Positions 40,909 through 49,833 of a DNA stretch of 64,000 bases are shown piece by piece. Origin of the DNA: a virus (Duplodnaviria > Caudoviricetes); the IMG/VR virus record IMGVR_UViG_3300006143_000006, positions 1,512 through 65,511 of that record; one strand, given 5' to 3'. Position numbers and translations under genes: made by a program. A model generated the notes under the pieces. The model searched no databases and had not been told where the DNA came from. It worked only from the letters and a program-made list of their open reading frames with translations. Within the stretch, counting starts at the first letter, position 1; the number at the start of each line of letters is the position of its first letter.

Positions 40909-42126
40909 TTACGCTGCATTTATAACTATAGGGGTTAGAACACCCTCTATCCCATATCGTTCATTGAACGCATTTGGGAATACTTTCATCATAATCTGTA
41001 ATGATCCATTCACATCACTGTTGATAAGCAATCCAGAATTACTTTTAAACAATCCTCTTTCTATCCGTCTTGACTTATCATAATTCTGTTTAACTGGTTC
41101 TTCTCCATCCAAGAAACTTGTTCCTGAAGAATAACTCTCTTCAGTCTCAACATATTTGATTCCTACATTTTCACATTTATATTTGAGTTGTTGTAACAAC
41201 ATCTGGTAAGGAATACTCACAAATTTTTGATTGCTGTATTTACTCATATCAGCATTTTGTTTCCATTCCTTATTCTTGCCTACTACCAAAGTGTCAATAT
41301 CATTTTCTGCACACCACTTTACTATATAGGCACTAGCATTGTGCATATAGTTCTTGATCCTCTGATATCTTTTAAATGAGATAGAATCCAGTTTCTTAGA
41401 CCAGTCTTTGCCATGACGTATTTTCAGTAAAGATTTCTCTTTCGCCAATCGTTTGTTGTAATATTGATTGATACTTTTGACTCCCTTGCCGTTAATAATA
41501 ATTGGATTCAAACCGATATTATTTGTCATAGTTACAAGATTATCTACACCTAAATCAATACTTGCTATACGATTACTTTCTGCTTTTACGTTTGGAATTT
41601 CTGTCTCATAAACAATTTCCATTACATAACAGGAACCTCTCGGAATAAATCTGACTTGAATAATCCTGCCAAGACAGCGACACTTCCAATCATAGTCATT
41701 CAATAAACGATTACTTATATGTACAGTTCCCTTTTCATAATTATAATGGAGCTGATTATTAGGAATCATCCAAGGAAACCTACCCTCTTTCTTTAAATAC
41801 TTTGGCAACTTAGGCATACCAAGATATTTTGAAGGGTTCTTTTTCCAGTCTTTAATCGCTCTGAAATAAGATTTCCAGTTCTTGTCTAAAGTTCTGAGAG
41901 TACAATTAGCTGGCTGGCTAAAAGTAAGTTTGTAATTTTCATGTGTTTTGAACTCGAAATTCATATCAAAATAATTAATATAATTCCCATTGCCTAAAAA
42001 TTCTTGACGAATTATATAATTTGCTTCATTGTAAAGGTTTTTAGAATGAAAGCATTGCTGATCAATGATTTTGAATTTTGGATGGTTTTTTCGGATGATT
42101 TTATGCTCTATTCTTTGTACTTTTAT
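40909..42126 (-). CDS. tnpB: IS200/IS605-family TnpB RNA-guided nuclease (solo)
   Basis: RuvC D (SIDLG), E (TEESYSS), D (NSDVNG) intact; N-terminal HSKNLYN helix open to 42126; RBS-proximal TTG at 42130 is out of frame. Confidence 0.88.
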   Translation of the reverse strand: MKVQRIEHKIIRKNHPKFKIIDQQCFHSKNLYNEANYIIRQEFLGNGNYINYFDMNFEFKTHENYKLTFSQPANCTLRTLDKNWKSYFRAIKDWKKNPSKYLGMPKLPKYLKKEGRFPWMIPNNQLHYNYEKGTVHISNRLLNDYDWKCRCLGRIIQVRFIPRGSCYVMEIVYETEIPNVKAESNRIASIDLGVDNLVTMTNNIGLNPIIINGKGVKSINQYYNKRLAKEKSLLKIRHGKDWSKKLDSISFKRYQRIKNYMHNASAYIVKWCAENDIDTLVVGKNKEWKQNADMSKYSNQKFVSIPYQMLLQQLKYKCENVGIKYVETEESYSSGTSFLDGEEPVKQNYDKSRRIERGLFKSNSGLLINSDVNGSLQIMMKVFPNAFNERYGIEGVLTPIVINAA

Positions 42127-42164
42127 TCAATATTCACCTGCCTTTAAAACATTATAATTTTGTA

Positions 42165-43118
42165 CTAAAAAGTAAATTTGTCTTTATTATCTTTGACTTT
42201 TTTCTTATTAACGGTCAAATAATGTTTGACAGTTGTTTCCGTACTTTCATGATGTAGAAGTTCAGCAATATCCTGAATATCCATTCCTAACTCCTTTAAT
42301 ATATTAGATCCTGAATGACGCAGGTCATGGTTGTGGAGCGTTGGAATACCAATCATTTCACCAGCTTTTTTACACCAATCGTTAAGAGTACCATTATTTA
42401 TACATTCTTCTTCCGTAATATATGGCGTATACCATACCCATCCAAAATCATTGATTTGCTTTTCTTCACGTTCTGATTTCATCTTTCTCAGAAGTTCTTC
42501 AACTTCTTTAGAAAAATATAAATCTACAATTTTTCCCTCTTTCTCAAGTACATCGCAACAAGTTCTTTCATCTAAATCAACCTGTTCCCATCTTAAATGT
42601 GCCATAGCATTAACTCTTGCCATAGTAGATAGTCCAAAGAATATATATGTTTGAAGTTGAATGTCTCCATATTCTGTTAATTTTTCTCTTAATTTATTTA
42701 CCTGTTCTACATTTAAGAATGTTTGCTTTATAACAGGTTGACCTTGTTTTGGACGTTCCAAAAATTCAGTAGGCGATTCTTTTATTAATTTCTTTTTCCT
42801 CAAAAATTTGTAGAAAGCAGATATAGAAGACATAACACGTCGTTGTCTTGACACATTATTGCCTTCTTGCTTTCTAAAATAAAAATATTCATTCAAATCG
42901 TCATCGGTTGCTTCCAATACAGATAAATTAAATTGATTGTCATACATATAAACAAACCACTGATACAAATCTGATGTATATTGTTGTATACTATTTGGCG
43001 ATAAATCACGAATAGACATATCGATTTGATATTTTTGAAATAATTTTAATGTTTCAGGATTTGTACGTTTAATTTTTTCTTTATCATACAGACAAATTCG
43101 TTTACTGCGTTCTGCCAT
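42165..43118 (-). CDS. Tyrosine recombinase/integrase
   Basis: TMARVNA, EKEGK, HDLRH, LHH...HY. Confidence 0.9.
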   Translation of the reverse strand: MAERSKRICLYDKEKIKRTNPETLKLFQKYQIDMSIRDLSPNSIQQYTSDLYQWFVYMYDNQFNLSVLEATDDDLNEYFYFRKQEGNNVSRQRRVMSSISAFYKFLRKKKLIKESPTEFLERPKQGQPVIKQTFLNVEQVNKLREKLTEYGDIQLQTYIFFGLSTMARVNAMAHLRWEQVDLDERTCCDVLEKEGKIVDLYFSKEVEELLRKMKSEREEKQINDFGWVWYTPYITEEECINNGTLNDWCKKAGEMIGIPTLHNHDLRHSGSNILKELGMDIQDIAELLHHESTETTVKHYLTVNKKKVKDNKDKFTF

Positions 43119-43161
43119 CTGTTCTCACTTCCTTTCAAACAAAAAAAGAAGTGATTAAATA

Positions 43162-45126
43162 TTAAACCGCTTCTTTTAAAATCTTTTTAATTTTGCTATC
43201 TATTAATGACTGATATGTATTGTCAATTTCAGTCCAATATGGTATTTCTAAAAAGTAATATCCATTTTTTAAAGCATATTCTTTTTTGTATTTATCTTTC
43301 CATTTTTGATATTTTAATTCATATTCAGGCGTGGTATTATAATGCTTTGCTGTTAATTGTGTAAATCCTGTTATTTCGTAATGTTGTTTCCCATGGACTT
43401 CAATAATTAATTTTAATTCTACAATTTCATTATCAAAAGGTAGTGGAAAATTTGTTTTTGGATTAATAGGAACAATATTACAATTGTGTTCATGAAGCAT
43501 ATTATAGCCATATTTATCCGTGATGTAGGTATCTACTTTTTCTTGTAAAAATGATATACTTTTTTCATATGAACACTTAGGACACCTAAACTCATAATTT
43601 ACAGTGTCACAAATGCTTCTAATATAATCTTTGTGAATACCGTTTTTACATTTCCACCATACTTTTTGATTTGAATATGGTAAATATTCTTAAGGTGTCT
43701 TATTATTTTTATCAGACCAATATTCAAATGACTCTGGATATTTATAACCAAGACTATCTTCTTTACAAACAGATTTTTTAGCACAATAACTGCAATGGTG
43801 TTCATGATTTTTTACATCATTAGGATAAACATGAGTTGGAGGATGATATGTTGTGTCTATACAATTCAACCAAACTTTTGATGTTCTTGTAGAAGGTGCT
43901 ATTGTAAATGGATTAATTTTATTCATATCATAATTCCATATTTTTTCAAAATTATTTTTACCATATTTGTCAACCATCCATTGAGCAAAGCTATCTTTTT
44001 GATGAATCCTTATATGAGAGCAATACGGACACTCATTTCTTAAAGCGTCTTGCCTAGAAACTTTATATGACCCATGATAATCTGTTTTAGTACATTTAAT
44101 CCATACATGTTCTTTTGAATATGCAGGAATTTCCCATGGATCTTGTTTATTTTTGTCATAATCCCAGTATAATTCCAAAGCACTTTCGCCTTTTTCATCT
44201 ATTAACTTTTGTGCAAAAGAATTACAATACTTACATCGTATAGTGTCCATATGAGAAACATGTGCCAATTCATATTTTGTACTATTATGAATTCCTTTAT
44301 CACATTTAAAATAAACTTGTTTATGTGCGCAATATGAGATTTGTTTTGGATCTAAATTATTTAAATTATAGTCCCATCTTTTTAACCATTCTTCATGATT
44401 TTGCTCTATGCACCAATCATAAAATGATTGTGAACGAATTGTTCCCTTTAAGTTTGCAACAGCCTCATTCCTCAAACATCCACAACTTAATGATTGTTTT
44501 CTTTTTAGAGCGTTTTCGCCAACCTCTTTAATTATTCCACTTCCACATGTACATTGACAAATCCAATAAGGAATATTTTTGTTCTTTTTAGATTGTTTAC
44601 TTTGTCATTTTGCTATTATTTTCCATCTGCCAATAATATCACCAATATGAATATCTTCATAAATATGTCTCTTGTCTTTTATACTAAATTGTTTATTAAA
44701 TTCATCAACAGATATTTGACAATCTTTTAATATTTTTAGAATAGTTTGTCTTGAAGGGAAATTATATTGATATGTACATTTATTCGTTGTGGGAAATTCA
44801 TGAAATTTATTTATATATTGATTATATAAAATAACCAAATCATCATATTTCAAATCGCTAATATTTTTATGTATTCCATTCACATTTAAAGTTCTTACTT
44901 TTCCAAATTGTAATAAAAATTCATTATATGAAATACCCTCATTTTTAACAACAGATTTAACAATTCCTGACTGTGGGAGATTGTATTTAGATAAACATTG
45001 AGTAAGCATAGGAACACTGCCATATTTATCTATATATTGTTTATATAAAATAATCAAATCATTATAAGTTATTTTTGTTGCTAATACTTTTTTGTCAGAA
45101 ACATTTAAGTAAACTGCTTTTCCCAT
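43162..45126 (-). pseudogene. Decayed Zn-ribbon-repeat endonuclease gene
   Basis: The three track ORFs are one frame broken by TGA (44605-44607) and TAA (43690-43692); read-through gives WICQCTCG..SCGC, KVWWKC repeats and IEVHG.QHY nuclease. Confidence 0.85.
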
Positions 45127-45410
45127 AAATCTTTTCCTACTTTCTCACCTACTCAACTAAAATAAAGAAATGGGAGAGAGGTAGGTGACTCTGCGTTACT
45201 GGGTAGCTACTCCCAATAATCCCATTTCCAAAATTCCAATGCAGGTTCCGACACCAACTCAGCTTACAATCCATAACAATCTGTAAACCAAATGATTTTC
45301 CCTAAATCGCATTGGACACTATATACTTCTCTAAACAAAAAAAACTTACGCTCAATTTCTGAACGCAAATCTTTCCTATAAAAAATCTCATCGAATATCA
45401 GATACTATAT

Positions 45411-46055
45411 TTACCAATAAAACCTAAGTGGCTGTGGATGATACTCATAAAGATATGGTCTATATAACATATCAAACATACCAGACACTTCTCTCTGAAA
45501 ATTTTTCCTCATATCACGAATCATCTTTTCTGCTTCATTAGTATCTAAATTGACTTTAACTGTGACGCTATATTTAGAATCTTTTGATTTATCTTCAGGG
45601 TCAGCATTATCTAAATTGCCTTCTTCATCCAAACCACCTTCATCAGTGTTTTCAGATTCTTCATTACCAATAGTAAACCAATCATGCTCACCTAATGGCA
45701 TATACTCATTGTTCTGCATATCAACCATTGCTTTACTATTTACATCTTCATGGAATAATACATAACCCTCTGTATCTACATATTTTTGCTTTTCAGGAAG
45801 ATAGCATTTTTTTACATTAACGTGCCAATTATCGGATTCTACATCATCAAATAGAGATACAATATATTCTCTATCGTATTCTTCATCATAATCAAGTGCA
45901 CAACTTTCAAGAATTACATTTTTGTAATTAAGTAATTCTACCATAATATCAATAATCATTTGCTTATTTGCAATTACGGATACAAGATTATCTTCATTAT
46001 CTAAATTGGCAAACATATGGGAAACTAAATCCTCAACATTTTCAAATTTTAACAT
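45411..46055 (-). CDS. Acidic hypothetical protein
   Basis: GGAGG RBS, 214 aa. Confidence 0.6.
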   Translation of the reverse strand: MLKFENVEDLVSHMFANLDNEDNLVSVIANKQMIIDIMVELLNYKNVILESCALDYDEEYDREYIVSLFDDVESDNWHVNVKKCYLPEKQKYVDTEGYVLFHEDVNSKAMVDMQNNEYMPLGEHDWFTIGNEESENTDEGGLDEEGNLDNADPEDKSKDSKYSVTVKVNLDTNEAEKMIRDMRKNFQREVSGMFDMLYRPYLYEYHPQPLRFYW

Positions 46056-46076
46056 TATAATTTACCTCCATATAGT

Positions 46077-46352
46077 TTAAGCCTTTACAGCATCCTTTAA
46101 TGCCTTACCAGCCTTAAACTTCGGAGATTTAGAGGCTGCAATAGTCATTGCTTCCCCTGTGGCTGGATTCCGACCAAGACGTTCTGCACGTTCTACAACT
46201 TCAAAAGTTCCGAAACCAACCAACTGTACCTTATCACCATCTACAAGCGCATCTGCAACAACATTAGTAAACGCATTGATTACCTTCTCGACATCTTTCT
46301 TGGAAATTTCACTCTTTGAGGCAACTGCTCCGATTAATTCAACTTTATTCAT
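46077..46352 (-). CDS. hup: HU family DNA-binding protein (YonN-like)
   Basis: MNKVELI...LVGFGTF...GRNPATGE...PKFKAGKALKDAV. Confidence 0.97.
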   Translation of the reverse strand: MNKVELIGAVASKSEISKKDVEKVINAFTNVVADALVDGDKVQLVGFGTFEVVERAERLGRNPATGEAMTIAASKSPKFKAGKALKDAVKA

Positions 46353-46503
46353 AGATTTATACTTCCTTTCGATTTTTAATATTTGTTCCGAATTCTATAC
46401 ATTTTTCGTGACATCAAAATAGGAGAGTAGTACTATACTCTCCAATACATGTGTTTTATGGCTTTGTCAGCCAAATATAATTAATAGGTCATTCATACCT
46501 ACT

Positions 46504-46815
46504 TTATTTTGTCTTACTCTTATTTACAGAATTTGAAATCTGTTTTATATTTTTCATAAGCTGAATATTATCATTAATCATTAGAGCTAAAGCCTGATCT
46601 TCTGTGAATCCAACGGAAACATAAGCATCATACATATTTTTCTTCGTTTTAGCCACAATAGTAGGATATTCTGTATTATTTGAATAGTCCTTATATACTT
46701 CAACTACTTCTTGTGCCAAATCATATACCATAGGTTTGTATTTATTGATATATTCCTTGATTATAGGAGCTAACATTTCAGGTTTACTCATTAACAGTTC
46801 TAAAATTTTATCCAT
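46504..46815 (-). CDS. Hypothetical protein
   Basis: GGAG RBS, 103 aa. Confidence 0.6.
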   Translation of the reverse strand: MDKILELLMSKPEMLAPIIKEYINKYKPMVYDLAQEVVEVYKDYSNNTEYPTIVAKTKKNMYDAYVSVGFTEDQALALMINDNIQLMKNIKQISNSVNKSKTK

Positions 46816-46850
46816 ATTTATATTTTCTCCTTAAAATTAGTAATTCATAG

Positions 46851-48062
46851 TCAATCCAGTTCAATAGGGTAACAACACTTGATTCCCTTATCGTTTACTA
46901 CCAATACTGTTTGTGACGGTTTTCCAGTAAGTCTCTTTTGCCTGGTATATTCATCTCCACTTCCACCAAGACTTCCTAATTGTACAACTTTAATTCCAGA
47001 AACATCAGTCATTGCAGGATAATGTTTATGTCCACACACAACACAATATGGTGTCATTTTTGCCCATAATATTAACTTAGATATTGAAGTGTCACTTGTA
47101 GAATCAAAATCACCATGCACTCCAAAATATAGTTTTTCTCTTACAAAGAATATAGATAGTGTATCATCAATATCTTCATCAATAACTGAGATGTTTTTAA
47201 CATTTTTAAGCATGGACTTGATAAACCATAAAATAAGAGTATCTAACCGTTCTCCAAGTAATGCATCTTCTTTTTCCTCAAGACGACTATGATTTCCAGC
47301 AACTCCACGCAATTCAACTGTTTTGAAATATTTCCCTAGTTCATATACAAAATCAGAAATGTATTCGCAAGCAAGTTTTACTTGCTCAATAACATTTTCT
47401 TTATTTGTGACAGAAATGGTTTTATGTATAGAACCACTTATAAGATCTCCAAGAAGAAGGCAAATGCAATTCTCTGTATTATGAGTTTTCTGAATCTCTA
47501 TGATTTCGGATAAATACTTCTTCAATCGTTCTTTGGCAATGAGAGAATCATATGCACCATCAAAACCATAATATGTTGCACCTATATGAAGATCAGATAA
47601 ACATACAATCATATCATTTTCGCTATTTGAAACAGCAGGAGAGTATGTTACATATCTATCATTTGCGACATTAGATAGCATATCTTCAAACTTCTCTATT
47701 GTTGTTTCTAATCGTGATTCTTCCCTGAGTCTTCTGTTAATATCGAGTCTTTCATCATATAATTTACGTTTTTCTTTTTGAATTTCTTGCTTTTGTAGGC
47801 GAAGTTCTTTAAAGTATTCATCTTCACTCAAATTATTAAAAACGCCATTTTCTAGGAATTTCTTTGCCATTTGGTAAGGCTTACGCCAGGCAGCTTCAGA
47901 ATATGGTTTATCTGGATCGCCAAAATATTTATTCATAAGATCAGCTATACCATTCCAATCCATATCTAATAAACCAGAATCTTTTGCTTGTCCTAATCGC
48001 CATAGGTACTGAAATTCATTTTCTGTTTCTTTTCTGGTTGTATCAAACAGAGTGGTCACCAC
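46851..48062 (-). CDS. Calcineurin-like metallophosphoesterase (YonJ-like)
   Basis: SDLHIG, LGDLI, GNH, HGD, GHKH. Confidence 0.88.
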   Translation of the reverse strand: MVTTLFDTTRKETENEFQYLWRLGQAKDSGLLDMDWNGIADLMNKYFGDPDKPYSEAAWRKPYQMAKKFLENGVFNNLSEDEYFKELRLQKQEIQKEKRKLYDERLDINRRLREESRLETTIEKFEDMLSNVANDRYVTYSPAVSNSENDMIVCLSDLHIGATYYGFDGAYDSLIAKERLKKYLSEIIEIQKTHNTENCICLLLGDLISGSIHKTISVTNKENVIEQVKLACEYISDFVYELGKYFKTVELRGVAGNHSRLEEKEDALLGERLDTLILWFIKSMLKNVKNISVIDEDIDDTLSIFFVREKLYFGVHGDFDSTSDTSISKLILWAKMTPYCVVCGHKHYPAMTDVSGIKVVQLGSLGGSGDEYTRQKRLTGKPSQTVLVVNDKGIKCCYPIELD

Positions 48063-48064
48063 CT

Positions 48065-48316
48065 TTACTCTTCATCATCTTCCGACGTAATTAAGTCTAA
48101 ATCTTCATCTGATTTAAGACTCACACCAAACTCGATAGGTTGATTGATGAATGCTTTAAGTAAATCAGATACTTTTACATCCTGTTCTATATCATTTTCG
48201 TCAGTATAAGTAATAAATGTTCCATCTTCTGATAGAATTCCTTTTACAGATAATTTGTCAGTGATATTTCTTTTGAAACTTAACTTGGATTTTGCCATGT
48301 GAAATCTTCCTTTCAT
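48065..48316 (-). CDS. YonK-like protein
   Basis: KGIL...TY...VSDLLKAF pattern; adjacent to YonJ-like gene. Confidence 0.6.
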   Translation of the reverse strand: MKGRFHMAKSKLSFKRNITDKLSVKGILSEDGTFITYTDENDIEQDVKVSDLLKAFINQPIEFGVSLKSDEDLDLITSEDDEE

Positions 48317-48423
48317 TCATACATTTTATTTTTATATCTCTAAACACTTAATTTACAAATTGCCGGGCTATTGACGAAGAGCCTTGCTACGGAGGACTGT
48401 TTTATAAAAACAGACAAAAGAAT

Positions 48424-48495
48424 TGCGGAGACAGGACACGATCCTGCATACTCTTGGTTATGAATCAAGTGAGCTTCCTTTGCTCGTCACTCCGC
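48424..48495 (-). tRNA. tRNA with CAT anticodon (Met or Ile2), atypical
   Basis: Acceptor GCGGAG/CTCCGC; anticodon arm CTTGA-TTCATAA-CCAAG; T-arm GCAGG-ATCGTGT-CCTGT. Confidence 0.75.
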
Positions 48496-49068
48496 TATAA
48501 TAGTCATAAAAAGAATAAACGACGATACCGCTAGAATAAGCAGCACCGCCATCTGCATAGAATTAATTACTCCTTATAAACGCCTCTGATTCAGGAAGAC
48601 TCTCGTATAATATTATCGGGAGTTTGAATCACTCTATGTACTTCCAGAGTATGTGAAGTCGTACAGTCTCGCTTGGTGGACTTAACTGGTCTATATCACG
48701 TTTCACAAGTTTTTCATATAACATCACACCAACTAACTTATAGTTACATGTCAGACGAAAATTTTTTGTTGCCCATTTAAGGGTTCTTTATTATTTTTAT
48801 CAGAACCGGCAATGATTAGTAACCGATGTACTTTTGATAGGTAATCACAACCTAAATAAATTGAATCACGACCTTTATTTCTCCTTATCGTGTAGGATAA
48901 ATCATTGTTCTGCTTTAATTTATTTAACAGGACAGTAGTTGCAAATCCTGCAATTGACAAAATAGAATAGAAGATAAATTTCATTGCTATATTCCTATAC
49001 ATAATAAGAAAAACGGGCATAGAAGCTGAAAACCTTTATTTTTCAATGGTTTCAGCAATTTCCTAAAA

Positions 49069-49833
49069 CTAGACAGATTGTTTTCTTACTTTATGTTTAT
49101 ATTTTAGATCCCATTCTTTTTGTTTTTCGTGTTTACATTTAGTACAATAAAGACATTTATTATTGGTTTTTCTAATTAAACGATTGCACTCTGAACAATG
49201 AATAAAATTTCCATTTCCAATATAACTCAAATATTCATATCCAAGTTCTCTAAAATCATCAACATCAAGAACAGATTCACCATCCATGTCAACAAAATTA
49301 ACTCTGATATTCAAATTATCATTTTTGCTTGAAAAAGAAATCAACCCAGTTTTTTCAATATCGTTCAAATATAAAAACTTATCATTTCGATATTTGACTG
49401 ACACTCGTGCCACTCTAAATATTTCTTTAATATCTGTATTAATCCAACCATTGTTGTTTTCTGAAATACAATTATATAATTTTGCATAGCACAACATGGT
49501 AAATAATAATTTTTGATATTTCAAATTGTTCATATCGGAAATTGTATCTAATTCCTTTTGTGTAATACCAATAGAATTAATTTCTCTTAATGAATATTTA
49601 TTTGCCTTTTTACATATATCTTCAATAATATCTTCCCATAATGCTGAATTATAATCTTTATAATTATGTTCCATAAATTCATTCAGTTTATTAAAAGTTT
49701 GTTCTTTGTCTAAATTTTCCTTAACTCTATAATATTTTCCTAAAAGAAAGAGGGTAGAAGTTGGTTTATTCCCAACTTCTCCATTTTTTATAATGCATTC
49801 AGCCTGTTTTACTTCATTTAATACAACTGGCAT
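49069..49833 (-). CDS. Hypothetical protein with C-terminal Zn finger, coupled to RNAP gene
   Basis: Overlaps RNAP stop; CSEC...CTKC. Confidence 0.7.
   Translation of the reverse strand: MPVVLNEVKQAECIIKNGEVGNKPTSTLFLLGKYYRVKENLDKEQTFNKLNEFMEHNYKDYNSALWEDIIEDICKKANKYSLREINSIGITQKELDTISDMNNLKYQKLLFTMLCYAKLYNCISENNNGWINTDIKEIFRVARVSVKYRNDKFLYLNDIEKTGLISFSSKNDNLNIRVNFVDMDGESVLDVDDFRELGYEYLSYIGNGNFIHCSECNRLIRKTNNKCLYCTKCKHEKQKEWDLKYKHKVRKQSV

Noticed and set aside
43162-45126. Stop-codon recoding (read-through) of the split endonuclease
   Set aside because: The two internal stops differ (TGA and TAA), other genes use these codons as normal stops, and neither tRNA is a suppressor; decay is simpler.
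45150-45161. 12-bp match TACTCAACTAAA to the tail-cassette recombination site
   Set aside because: Partial, AT-rich, lacks TGGCAAA and is not in a tail-gene frame; likely chance.
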